A stretch of 64,000 bases of DNA, from contig CM074810.1 of assembly GCA_037447605.1 (NCBI GenBank), positions 1-64,000 on the forward strand. The letters run 5' to 3'. The notes below the pieces were generated by a model. That model was not told the origin of the DNA, did no database searches, and saw nothing but the letters and a program-made list of their open reading frames with translations. Of the stretch, positions 12,401 to 28,535 are shown piece after piece (within the stretch, counting starts at the first letter, position 1; every line of letters starts with the position of its first letter). This stretch comes from Zygnema circumcarinatum SAG 698-1b (lineage: Eukaryota; Plantae; Zygnematophyceae). The translations under genes and the position numbers were made by a program.

Positions 12401-15400
12401 TGAATAGGGAGAACGCTTAATTGACTCAAACTTTTTGTGCATACGGCGGACTCACTGTAGAGTGACGCTGAGAAATTTCGGTGCAAAAGAGTAAAAGACA
12501 AAAACGTTATGTATAACGGAGTGGACGTGTATAGGAACGCAACCTATTGCACGTGTCACAAAAACGTCCCTATCTGAATAGGGAGAACGCTTAATTGACT
12601 CAAACTTTTTGTGCATACGGCGGACTCACTGTAGAGTGACGCTGAGAAATTTCGGTGCAAAAGAGTAAAAGACAAAAAAGTTATGTATAACGGAGTGGAC
12701 ATGTATAGGAACGCAACTTATTGCACGTGTCACAAAAACGTCCATATCTGAATAGGGACAACGCTTAATTGACTCAAACTTTTTGTGCATACGGCGGACT
12801 CACTGTAAAGTGACGCTGAGAAATTTCGGTGCAAAAGAATAAAAGACAAAAAAGTTATGTATAACGGAGTGGACGTGTATAGGAACGCAACCTATTGCAC
12901 GTGTCACAAAAACGTCCATATCTGAATAGGGAGAACGCTTAATTGACTCAAACTTTTTGTGCATACGGCGGACTCACTAAAAAGTGACGCTGAGAAATTT
13001 CGGTGCAAAAGAATAAAAGACAAAAAAGTTATGTATAACGGAGTGGACGTGTATAGGAACGCAACTTATTGCACGTGTCACAAAAACGTCCATATTTGAA
13101 TAGGGACAACGCTTAATTGACTCAAACTTTTTGTGCATACGGCAAACTCACTGTAGAGTGACGCTGAGAAATTTCGGTGCAAAAGAATAAAAGACAAAAA
13201 AGTTATGTATAACGGAGTGGACGTGTATACGAACGCAGCCTATAGCATGTGTCACAAAAACGTCCATATTTGATACGGAGAAGCCAAATGGATCTAAATC
13301 ATCGTGCATACGATGGACACACACTTGACACACGTTGAGAAATTTCGGTGCACAAAAGTAAAAGAAAATAAAGTTATATATAACGGAGTGGACGTGTGTA
13401 GGACCGCAACCTATTGCACGTGTCACAAAAACGTCCATATCTGAATAGGGAGAACGACAAATCAATTCAATTTTTTTGTGCATACGGCGGACACACTGTA
13501 GCGTGACGCTCAGAAATTTCGGTGCAAAAAAGTAAAAGACAAAAAAGTAATTTATATCGGAGTGGACGTGTATAGGAACGCAACCTATTGCACGTGTCAC
13601 AAAAACGTCCATATCTGAATAGGGAGAACGCTTAATTGACTCAAACTTTTTGTGCATACGGCGGACTCACTGTAGAGTGACGCTGAGAAATTTCGGTGCA
13701 AAAGAGTAAAAGACAAAAAAGTTATGTATAACGGAGTGTACATGTATAGGAACGCAACTTATTGCACGTGTCGCAAAAACGTCCATATCTGAATAGGGAG
13801 AACGCTTAATGGACTCAAACTTTTTGTGCATACGGCGGACTCACTGTAGAGTGACGCTGAGAAATTTCGGTGCAAAAGAATAAAAGACAAAAAAGTTATG
13901 TATAACGGAGTGGACGTGTATAGGAACGCAACCTATTGCACGTGTCACAAAAACGTCCATATCTGATTAGGGAGAACGCTTAATTGACTCAAACTTTTTG
14001 TGCATACGGCGGACTCACTGTAGAGTGACGCTGAGAAATTTCGGTGCAAAAGAGTAAAAGACAAAAAAGTTATGTATAACGGAGTGGAGATGTATAGGAA
14101 GGCAACCTATTGCACGTGTCACAAAAACGTCCATATCTGAATAGGGAGAACGCTTAATTGACTCAAACTTTTTGTGCATACGGCGGACTCACTGTAGAGT
14201 GACGCTGAGAAATTTCGGTGCAAAAGAGTAAAAGACAAAAAAGTTATGTATAACGGAGTGGACGTGTATAGGAACGCAACCTATTGCACGTGTCACAAAA
14301 ACGTCCATATCTGAATAGGGACAACGCTTAATTGACTCAAACTTTTTGTGCATACGGCGGACTCACTGTAGAGTGACGCTGAGAAATTTCGGTGCAAAAG
14401 AGTAAAAGACAAAAAAGTTATGTATAACGGAGTGGACATGTATAGGAACGCAACTTATTGCACGTGTCACAAAAACGTCCATATCTGAATAGGGACAACG
14501 CTTAATTGACTCAAACTTTTTGTGCATACGGCGGACTCACTGTAGAGTGACGCTGAGAAATTTCGGTGCAAAAGAATAAAAGACAAAAAAGTTATGTATA
14601 ACGGAGTGGACGTGTATAGGAACGCAACTTATTGCACGTGTCACAAAAACGTCCATATCTGAATAGGGAGAACGCCAAATGGACTCAAACTTTTTGTGCA
14701 TACGGCGGACTCACTGTAGAGTGACGCTGAGAAATTTCGGTGCAAAAGAATAAAAGACACAAAAGTTATATATAACGGAGTGGACGTGTGTAGGAATGCA
14801 ACCTATTGCACGTGTCACAAAAACGTCCATATCGGAATACGGAGAAAGCCAAATGGACTCAAACTTTATTGTGCATACGACGGACACACACTTGACACAC
14901 GTTGAGAAATTTCGGTGCACAAAAGTAAAAGAAAATAAAGTTATAATTTCGGTGCAAAAGAATAAAAGACAAAAAAGTAATGTATAACGGAGTGGACGTG
15001 TATAGGAACGCAACCTATTGCACGTGTCACAAAAACGTCCATATCTGAATAGGGAGAACGCTTAATTGACTCAAACTTTTTGTGCATACGGCGGACTCAC
15101 TGTAGAGTGACGCTGAGAAATTTCGGTGCAAAAGAGTAAAAGACAAAAACGTTATGTATAACGGAGTGTACATGTATGGGAACGCAACTTATTGCACGTG
15201 TCACAAAAACGTCCATATCTGAATAGGGAGAACGCTTAATGGACTCAAACTTTTTGTGCATACGGCGGACTCACTGTAGAGTGACGCTGAGAAATTTCGG
15301 TGCAAAAGAATAAAAGACAAAAAAGTTAGGTATAACGGAGTGGACGTGTATAGGAACGCAACCTATTGCACGTGTCACAAAAACGTCCATATCTGAATAG

Positions 15401-16428
15401 GGAGAACGCTTAATTGACTCAAACTTTTTGTGCATACGGCGGACTCACTGTAAAGTGACGCTGAGAAATTTCGGTGCAAAAGAGTAAAAGACAAAAAAGT
15501 TATGTATAACGGAGTGGACGTGTATAGGAACGCAACCTATTGCACGTGTCACAAAAACGTCCATATCTGAATAGGGAGAACGCTTAATTGACTCAAACTT
15601 TTTGTGCATACGGCGGACTCACTGTAGAGTGACGCTGAGAAATTTCGGTGCAAAAGAGTAAAAGACAAAAAAGTTATGTATAACGGAGTGGACATGTATA
15701 GGAACGCAACTTATTGCACGTGTCACAAAAACGTCCATATCTGAATAGGGAGAACGCTTAATTGACTCAAACTTTTTGTGCATACGGCGGACTCACTGTA
15801 GAGTGACGCTGAGAAATTTCGGTGCAAAAGAATAAAAGACAAAAAAGTTATGTATAACGGAGTGGACGTGTATAGGAACGCAACCTATTGCACGTGTCAC
15901 AAAAACGTCCATATCTGAATAGGGAGATCGCTTAATTGACTCAAACTTTTTGTGCATACGGCGGACTCACTGTAGAGTGACGCTGAGAAATTTCGGTGCA
16001 AAAGAGTAAAAGACAAAAACGTTATGTATAACGGAGTGGACGTGTATAGGAACGCAACCTATTGCACGTGTCACAAAAACGTCCATATCTGAATAGGGAG
16101 AACGCTTAATTGACTCAAACTTTTTGTGCATACGGCGGACTCACTGTAGAGTGACGCTGAGAAATTTCGGTGCAAAAGAGTAAAAGACAAAAAAGTTATG
16201 TATAACGGAGTGGACGTGTATAGGAACGCAACCTATTGCACGTGTCACAAAAACGTCCATATCTGAATAGGGAGAACGCTTAATGACTAAAACTTTTTGT
16301 GCATACGGCGGACTCACTGTAAAGTGACGCTGAGAAATTTCGGTGCAAAAGAGTAAAAGACAAAAAAGTTACGTATAACGGAGTGGATGCGTATACGATC
16401 GCACCATTGCATGTGTCACAAAAATACA
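9409..16428. repeat. 174-bp satellite, segment 3 (about 40 monomers) with an internal duplication of about 3.5 kb
   Basis: Continuous monomers; diagnostic variants recur in the same order about 3.46-3.64 kb apart; the last monomer decays at about 16390-16428. Confidence 0.98.
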
Positions 16429-16527
16429 TTTGATGGCCTCGCCATCGTGAGTTCAATGCGATTCCCGGTATCGGCCATCCATCTATCCAGCCATCCGTCC
16501 GGCCGGCCCTCCCCTGTGCCGAAAATA

Positions 16528-16680
16528 GTACAGTACAGTACAGGACGGACCCCGCCCTGCCGTACAGTACTGTACAGTGCCGTACGGCTTTTAGGACTGT
16601 ACGTACGTACACGGCGTGGCACAGCGCTACACCACCGGCACCGGCCGACCTGCCCCGACCTGACTCCGGCCGTACCGTAC
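16528..16680. promoter_or_regulatory. GTAC-motif cluster upstream of UTP21
   Basis: 12 GTAC cores in 153 bp, including two 14-bp palindromes; ends about 115 bp before the ATG. Function is inferred only. Confidence 0.45.
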
Positions 16681-16795
16681 GAACCAGGGTTCAGAGGCGG
16701 CAAGCAGGCAAGCAAGCTGCTCACTTTTTTAGCGAGCGTGCTTGCGTGCGCGAGCAAGCGAGCGGCGCGGCTTGGCTTGGCGCGGCTCGGAAGCC

Positions 16796-19700
16796 ATGCC
16801 GATATTCCATCCCTTTCGGGCGCTGGGCTACATCACGGACGCCGCTCCGTTCAACGTGCAGCGGAGGGGCCGGGAAACCTTCGTCACGGTCAGCGTGGGC
16901 AAGGCCTGGCAGATCTACAATGTGAGACTGCCTTTCAAATTCTTGCCTTGCAGTCCGTGTGCTGTCAGGTAATGAATGTGTTTTGTAGAACCAGCAGCAT
17001 GTGGCTCAAATAATTTCTCATTTGTAGGTTTTTTTGGACGTGTTTGCTGTATGTCAGTGCCGGAAGGTACATGGGTCTGAGGGGTTCTAGTTTGTGCTGG
17101 TAAATGATAAGTATAGCATCTTTATCGTCAACTATGTGTTCAACTCCGTGTGTTGATGTCTAATGCAATTTTGGGTCGTGCCTTGGGCTGCGGGGAACAG
17201 TGCGCCAAGCTGACACTAGTATTCGTAGGTAAGACAAGTCGCCTGCCTCATGCATTAGTCTTTTTCGTCAATTTTCTCTGTAATGCTGGACTCCGTATTC
17301 TTCTTTTTTTTTGTTTGGGCTGTTTTTTTAGACCGACCGTTGGCTTCATGAGTTTGTGTATTTGTTGGCGGGTTTCGAAAAAAAAACCTCAATTCTGAAA
17401 GCACGCTGTTGCGATGGGACGGGTTTTCTAAAAAGAATGGTCTTCCATTATTCAGTGCGCGTTTAACCATCGCTTTCACTGTTCCCTGCAGGGCCACAAC
17501 TTGAAAAGAGGATAAGGGCACTCGCGTCATGGCGCGACTACACCTTCGCGGCGTATGGTCATAATATTGCAGTTTTCAACCGGGCTCATCAGGTTTGTTT
17601 CATGTTTTATCGGTTAGCATGCTTTTCAAGACCTACATTGCCGCCAAGTGATTGTGAATTGTGAATTTTGAATTCCACGTCAGGTATCCAATAGGCAGCC
17701 AAGGTGGGTGTGGATGTGACTTTCTAAGGATTAAAGAAAGGCCAAGGAATAAGTTGGGTGTCCACTAGTCTTCCTTAGTCATAACCCTTGCTACAAGAGC
17801 TTGCTATGAACTGCAATTTGAAAGAGGTGATTGTTTTTTTCTTAAACGGCAGGTGGCAACACTTTGTGGTCATACCGGGAAGGTGGTCCAATTAATGCAA
17901 TTTGGAGACCTGATTATTAGTGTTGGAGCGGATCGCCAAATTTTGATTTGGCCAGTTGAGGCGCATAAAGCAGACAGAAAGCCGATTGGAGAAATCACGC
18001 TTTCAGAAGGATTTGTGCCGACATGTATGATGCATCCCGACACATACCTCAACAAAGTATGCTTATCATCAACCTTATGGCTAATATTTTATTGAAAGTG
18101 GCACTCGAGATGTCAAGTGTTAGATGTATCAAATGACGTTAGATGTCTGAGTGTATGTCTGAGTAATTACTGAGTTTTGTTACTGTGACGCTTTTCAAGC
18201 ATGATCATTCGTTCGTGCTTGAAATTGGCTTTAGGAACAGAGCGGAATGTTGAAATAGAGCTGTTTCGCTTTTGCTGCAGATTTTGGTGGGCAGTGAAAA
18301 AGGGCAACTTCAGCTGTGGAACATACATTCCAATAAGTTGGTCCACGAATTCAAAGGATGGGGATCTGCCGTGCGGTGCTGCGCCTCCTCGCCTGCTCTG
18401 GACACGGTCGCTGTGGGCTGTGCAGACGGCAAAGTGCGCGTCCTCAACCTCAAGTACGATGAGACGCTGCTTACTCTCTCGCACGCGTCCGACGAACCCG
18501 TCACCGCGCTCTCATTCCGCTCCGGTGGGTCCCTCTCGAGCTCCATTCTTGAAAGAGCAGAAGTCGGAGAGTGGAAGGGGGGCGAGGAGGATAGAAGCTG
18601 AGGATGTTGGATGACTATCTCCAGCCCTGCACTTGCATGAAGGACAGGTCTATGTTTTCAGTGTGTAAGAGGGTTTTGACGGTATTTTTTGCTGCCCTGG
18701 GCGGGGTTTTTAGGAACCCAAAAGATGGCCAGCCACTGTTGGCAGCAGGCGGCTTGACAGGTGTGATCAGTCTTTGGAACTTAGAACAAAGAAAATTACA
18801 AACCGTGATAAATGATGCGCACGACGCGGCTATCATGTCGTTACACTTTTTCCCGCGGGAGCCTGTCCTCCTTTCCTCTTCAGCTGACAACTCAATCAAG
18901 GTATGCTCGTGGGAGAGGGTGAGGACGATGGGACACAGAAAGGAGAGTTTGACGGCAACAATCTGTAAGGAGAGGAACGAGTAGAGCACGGGGAAAGGCC
19001 AGCAGGCAGCAGAACAGGAGAGGAGAGGAGAAGAGGGGGACAGAGAGAATGAGAGGGGAGACAGAATGTATACGCTGTTTCCTCCAAATTCCAGGTTCAC
19101 AAGAGTGTGGAGCGTGGGGCCTGGTGACAGATGTGGATTTTCGACTCGGAGGATGGAGAGGCTCGGCTTCTCCGCTTTCGAAGTGGACACAGTTCGCCTC
19201 CAGCATGTGTCCGGTGCGTTCTTGTTTTTCTCCTCCTTGTCACCTTTTCCGGCTGATATTGTTCATTCTCTGACTATCGATTTGAAAACTAGTCCAAGTG
19301 TGTGGGGAACTTCATTTGGTATAGCAATATCGGCTGTTTGGTAGGTGGATAATGGCTTGTTCTTGCAGCCTGGTTTTGAGTGGATGATGGAATTCTGAGA
19401 AGTGTTCATGCTCGCAGATATTACGCTAAGGGCACGCATATTCTTTCCGCTGGTCAAGATCGTGCTTTCCGTGTGTTCTCTACAATTCAGGTGAGCCTTG
19501 AGTCTAGAGAGGCGGGAGGACGTCGAGAGGGAGAGGGAATGGGAGAGAATGGTGGATGGTAATGGATCGCAGATCACATCTCTGTGTTGAAGTTCCTTGT
19601 TCAATTCCGGGATGACGATGTGGACTTGTGGGAGAGTGATGCAGGACCAACAAAGCCGGGAACTCTCGCAACGTCATGTTGGAAAGCGAGCTATGCGACA

Positions 19701-22700
19701 CAGAGTGAAGGTAAGGAGCAGAGGAATATTCGAAAGTTCAGAACACCAAAGACATTGCAACCCTTATTCGTTTAATTCTGCTCTATTGTTGGTTTAAGTT
19801 GTTGTTTTGGGTTACTCTTTCCATTTTTGTGGAGAAAAAGGGCGAATGTGTCATGGTACTTTCGTAACAGTTCCCACACTTGGTGCTATGACGCAGGAGG
19901 AGGAGTTGAAATTGCCGCGAGTGGTTTCTTTCGCAGCAGGTAGTTGCTGACACTCTCATATATACTCTGTGCGGCGCATGTTAGTTTGGAACGCACTGTA
20001 TCTGAACTGATGCTGCGACAGAAATAACTGGAACTGATTGGACTTGTTTGGACTGATTTGCTAAACGTCCTTTGTGCTTCTGTCCTTCTTTCACCCAATT
20101 CTGTACAGCCCAGGTTGGATGAGGTTGCTAAAAGTGACTTGTGTGTGACGTCAGCGAGTGGTTTCTGTGCTGTGAACATGGGCGTCAAATGTTGGGACGT
20201 GTTGGGGCCTGCCTTGTGAACAGCTGAAATTCGTGAACGTGATTGGTGCAATGTGGTGACATGCCATGAGGGCGAATCATCCGCTTACACCTGGCGGCTC
20301 CAAAACTTCGTTATTGGAGAACATGTGCTGCGACCCCCTGGTGGCGAACCCTCTCCTATCAAAGTGAGGCCCCAAAAGCTTGAACTCCGTGTACGCCCCT
20401 GCTCTCGCATGTGAACTATCGTATGAACTTTCGCTTGTATTTGTTAACGACAGTGGGCGCCCTGTTTCCCTGGCCGTGAGGAAGGCCGGCAGAATCTTGG
20501 GAAGTGTTCAGCCGGAGTGGAATGATGATATATGTCTCCCGAATTTGGGATTGATTTGCTGAAATGATGGCGATAATTGCCTCAAACTTACTGACCACTC
20601 CGCGAACGGCATGAAAACCGTCCTATAGTCTGCTTTATCCTGATCCTTCTTTCGAGGGCAAAGCCAAGCTAGTTCAGAGTAAACCATAAATAACCCTATA
20701 ACCACAACAGCCCATGGTCTAAATAGTCTCTCCTCCGCTTCTGCTCTGTCCCTCTCTGCTCTGCTGCTCCTTTTTTTTTTTTTTTCTTTCTTTTTTCTGT
20801 GGTGATGAATGCAGGCCGTGGTTATCAGTGCCTGCGGAAATTTCGCAATTCTGGGAACTGCAGCTGGAAGAGTCGAACGGTTTAACATGCAGTCGGGATT
20901 GCACCGCGGATCGTATCAAGCGGCCAAGCAGCAATACTCGCCAGCTCATCAAGGCGCAGTTGTTGGCCTTGCCAGCGATTCAAGAAATCTGCATCTTTTC
21001 ACGGGGGGGTACGACGGGTTTGTTAAGGTTAGTTCAGAGCTTCAGTGCACAAGACTACAGCTCTATCGCAGACCTTAACATTGAGAAACTTAACAACTAA
21101 ACGGTTTTAACTTGAAGATAGTTTTTTGGCAGGTTTGGGACTTCAAGAAGGGCAAGCCAAAATTGAGCATAGACGTGGGGTCGCCTCTCGTGAAGATGAC
21201 GTATCACCGTGGAAATGGTGAGAACTCAGTTTTTCCGCGTCATCGCGATGAAGAATACTGAAGATGTTGCTCTGTATGGCAGAAATGGTCTTCCCATGTT
21301 TCCGAGCTATATTCATTGTTGCAGTGTCCAGATTTTCTTGGATTGATTGTTTGGGTTCTATACGTTTCTTTCCGGTCCATCGCAGGTCTCCTTGTGACGG
21401 CCTCCGACGATTGGCTGCTGCGCGTGTACGATGCGGTGGCCGGCCGGTTGGTCCGAAAGTTTGAAGGGCACGCGGACAGAATTACGGATCTATGCATCAG
21501 TCAGGACGGCCGTTGGCTCATTACAGCATCTATGGATTTTACGGTCCGAACATGGAACCTCGTCACAGCTCGCCAGCTGGACTGCATGCGATGTGATGTT
21601 GCGGTCACTGGACTGTCACTCTCTCCTGCAATGGACATGCTCGCAACAATCCATGTGAACAGAAATGGTATCTATCTCTGGTGAGTTCGCATCTCGTGTT
21701 TGGTGTTCCCTCGTCGACAGATTATGCGCTTGCGGGTGTCGTACTTGGCTTCGTCTGTCATTTCTTTTCAGAATTCAGGTCAGCAATCGTGTTCTGCTCG
21801 CCTTATGCACCTGCCTGCCTTTGGTCGCTAAATGCAGGGCCAACAAAGTGATGTATTCTGGACTTGAAGAGGGCGATGTGTTTGGAAGTGGAAAGGCAAC
21901 AGAAGCAGTTCCCCTGCCAACCATCTCCACTGGAGTGGCTGAGAACGACGAGGATAAAGATACCGCAGGCGTTGCATTTGTGGAGAGAGGCACTGATGAT
22001 ATGGCGGCAGGCGAAGGAGAGGGAGAGGAAAAAAACAGGGTGGGAAAAATGTTGGGAGGAGGGACGCAGCTGACTCCGGAGCTGATTTCATTGGCCATGT
22101 TGCCTCGCTCGCAATGGCAGAACCTCATCAATTTGGACATCATCAAAGTGAGCTTTTGGGATTTTCGGGCGGGTTTAAGTGCTTCTGTAATGTAGTAAAC
22201 ACTCTTTGGTGTAGTGTCTTCAGCCCTTTCATTGTGAAACCGCACAGGTGAGCATGCGCTAAACAAGACTTCGCTGTTTCAGGAACGGAACAAACCCATA
22301 GAACCGGTCAAGAAGCCCGACAAAGCACCTTTCTTTCTTCCTACTATACCCTCTCTGTCCGGAGATCTCCTGTTCGCCCCTACTACTCCAAATCAAGGGG
22401 ATTCAGAAGCTGACGATTCGCGGGCTGCTTCACGCGTCAAGAGGCATAGGCCTGCAGAATCCTTTAGATCTGAATTTTCGCGGCGTTTACATGAAGGGAC
22501 AGAGGCGAGAGATTGTAAGTGGCCCGCATTGAACACGTGTGAATGAGGCAGTGATGCACGTGCCCCTCTCTTCAGCCCCGCAGCAGATTGCAGTGCTGCA
22601 TGGGCCCAGTTCTAGGGGCACACATTAGTTCGGATGTCCACGTCCTGCTGCACCTCGTTTCATTGGGAATGCGGCTCGAGGGAGGCCGTACATTGTGTTC

Positions 22701-23376
22701 AACATCTAGTGCCGTGCATGTCAGAGTTGGGACATTGCTGTCAATTTCAGAATTGGACAATGTAGTATTTGTTTTTTTTTTCTTTTGGGCCCGCTTCACG
22801 CATGAGGGTACTGGACTGCGCTGTCGTTTTTCTTAAAAGCGTTAAACTGCCCTGAGGTGTGGTCTTGAGCTGAAGTATGCGCTGCCAAGTGCCACGCAGA
22901 CACGCAGTTGGTGGAGCTGCTCCGTGACATGTCGCCCTCCGCTGTTGACTTGGAGCTGCGCATGATGGAGATCATCAGTGACGTGGACTCGGCGGCGGAG
23001 GAGGATGTGCGGGAGGTGGAGATGCTGCTCCACTTTCTCGCTATGGAGACCGCTTCAAAAAGGAACTTTGAGCTCATTCAAGCAGTCACACACCGCAGTC
23101 TGACGGTGAGGAGTTACCCAATCCTTTTTCATCCCTCCAAAGTGCAAGAAACTGTGTAGTTTCTGGAATTTCCTGTAACCTAATGCATGTGGTGCATTGT
23201 GCGAATGTTTGCCATTTTGCGAGCAGATACATGGTGATGTCATATCTCGACACACGCGGTTGAAGGAGAAGGCGAAGGAGCTGCTTGATAAGCAGGCCGC
23301 CACGTGGAAGAGCCTGGATGACCTATTCCAGAACGTGAGGTGCATGGTCGGCTTCCTCGGCAACACGCGCCACTAG
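16796..23376 (+). CDS. UTP21: U3 snoRNP / SSU processome WD40 protein UTP21 (WDR36), 18 exons
   Basis: Exons 16796-16921, 17201-17228, 17492-17592, 17853-18056, 18281-18524, 18725-18900, 19131-19213, 19418-19490, 19645-19710, 19897-19939, 20224-20363, 20815-21027, 21133-21217, 21386-21680, 21838-22147, 22283-22514, 22900-23105, 23227-23376. Peptides IFHPFRALGYIT, RLLRFRSGHSSPP, ACGNFAILGTAAGRVERFNMQSG and KAPFFLP, SPSAVDLELR match plant WDR36/UTP21 as recalled. Confidence 0.95.
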
Positions 23377-24964
23377 CCGCAACCTGTATTATTCTGTATG
23401 CGCGCGAAGTCCCTGGCTCAGGGCAGTCCCAGGCTCCATAAGGGCGTTCGGCCCGGTTCGCTTCGTATCCTTGTGTTGCTTTGGAATCGCGATTTTTGCA
23501 ATAAATGCGTAAAGCGCATGGAATGAATGATGCTGCTATGTACATGTTTGGGGAGGAGTGGCGCTGAGGTCATGCCTCGCAAGTCTCTGCAAGGGCGAAG
23601 TGTCTGCGCAGGTGCCTTTCGCGTGGCATTTTCACGAGTCGTGATTCATAGCTTGGGACTAACCATCAGGATCAAGTGGAGGACTTATAGTAAAAGCTTG
23701 GGGAGGTAGTCCCGCAAAAAGGAAAAAAATTGCACCAAAATGGTGCGTTGTCGTGTCGGCCTAGGCCTTAATTAATTTTTGAAGTACTCGTAATGACGCA
23801 CTCATGGGTTCGAGAGATGAAGCCGTACTTGGCGCAAGGCATCCTTGGAATGGAATCGCCCAGACCTTACGTGGAAGAAGCTTGAATTCGACCCTGTGAG
23901 CGTACGTGATGATAAATTGAACAACATGAAATCGAGTAGAAAATCTAAGCTGGAAATTTTCCAGATTCCTGATTCTCACGTTCAAAGGAGACGAATTACT
24001 TCGACGCCACGGTACGAAAGTTTCTGCAAAAGGCAAAATATAAGGTGGGTCGAGGTATCGCATGATACCGTTGAGCTTCACAGACCGTACACTAGTCTAG
24101 ACAATTGTCAATTGTCTAGTGGATATTTGAAATTGTAGTTGAACTGTTCAGCTGGTAATCGTGACAAAAACTAGTGAAACAAAAAAAAAACGAAGTACTT
24201 TCTCAATATTATTCATGACTTTGAGATGCTGGCTCCAAACAGCTTCAGAAATGAGACAACCCAAATGATTATTTTTCTTCTAATTCATATAGTCATGCTG
24301 CGGGTTGACTCTGGTCGCACGATATCGACGTCGCATAGAGATGAGCGACAGAAAAAACCATTGTGGAACGGTCACAAATGAGAACCAATACAAGTTGATG
24401 CGAGGAGCAAACCGTTGCCTTCCTTCCTGGGCCAACCAACCATCGCGGCAGGGCACGACTCAAAGAGCAGTCGGTCGCTGAGGGTCGCACTCCGAGGGAG
24501 GGCGGGCGGGAGGGCGGAGGGAAAGGGATGTTTAAGGGACTTGCGGGAATGGAGGAGTTGCGGCGATCCATGCTCTCCGTACGGAGGCGGCCGCCCGCCA
24601 TCGCGCGCACGCGAAGGCGGCGAGGCGGGACGGGACGGGACACGGAACGGCGCCGCATGGAACGCGACCAGCCTCGGTCCCCTCCCAGCCCGGCCCCGAG
24701 TCCCCAGAGTCCCCCGAGTCCCCCAAGTCCCCCAAGTCCCCTCCGGCGCAGGAAGGACGGACGGTACCGTACCGGACCGGACCGCAGTGCGGCGCTCTAT
24801 CGACTGCGGACGGCATCAGCGCTCAGTGGCTGCCCGCGCCGCGCCGCCCTCTGCCACCGCCACCTCAGAGAAGGAAGGAAGGGCCCCTCCTCTCCCCTCC
24901 GCTCGCGCCCGAAGGACGACTGGAAGCTTGCCAGGCTCCCGTCGTCCCGCCGCCGAGGAAGGGA

Positions 24965-28078
<3,114 letters not shown>

Positions 28079-28482
28079 CCAATAATACAGCGCTGCAGGT
28101 GGAGGCGAAGGTAAAGGGTTGTCCGGTATCAGCCAAGGTGGTGCTGTGCTTTCCACTGTATGTAGTTCTACAGTGTGTGACGAGGGTTTATGGCCTCGCT
28201 TCAAATTAATTTGTTTCTACGGAATCGTTCACATCTCTCCTGAGCGTGTCCCCTTCCCCCCCCCGCCCTCTATGCCCCTCGCCCTGGCACTCTGCCTCTC
28301 CCTGCCCCTCTCTTATTCCCTTCCCCTCTTCCCCCTCACCGTATGCTTGCCCCCATGCTCTACCCCCTGCTGCGGCTGAAGCCACACGTTGACTGGCCTT
28401 AGGCACAACCTGACACTGCCCAGTAAGAGCCCCCTGCTCCCTCCGCCTACCCCACTCCCGACCACCCCGTCTACCTGCCCTT

Positions 28483-28535
28483 CTGCCACTGCCTCTCCCT
28501 GCCCTTCTGCCACTGCCTCTCCCTGCCCATCTGCC
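28483..28535. repeat. 24-bp tandem duplication inside a pyrimidine-rich low-complexity tract
   Basis: CTGCCCTTCTGCCACTGCCTCTCC occurs twice; lies between the convergent 3' ends of PRMT10 and the bZIP gene. Confidence 0.7.

Noticed and set aside
415-15013. Minus-strand ORFs made of a 58-aa repeat (MHKKFESIKRSPYSDMDVFVTRAI...)
   Set aside because: 174 is divisible by 3, so satellite variants lacking one TGA give open frames. Most monomers carry the stop, and there is no gene structure or known domain.
1-16428. CRISPR array
   Set aside because: Contiguous 174-bp units with no unique spacers, no cas genes, and a eukaryotic intron-rich context.
23845-24138. 97-aa ORF between UTP21 and PRMT10
   Set aside because: No recognisable motif, no splice structure, and an overlapping antisense ORF of similar length.
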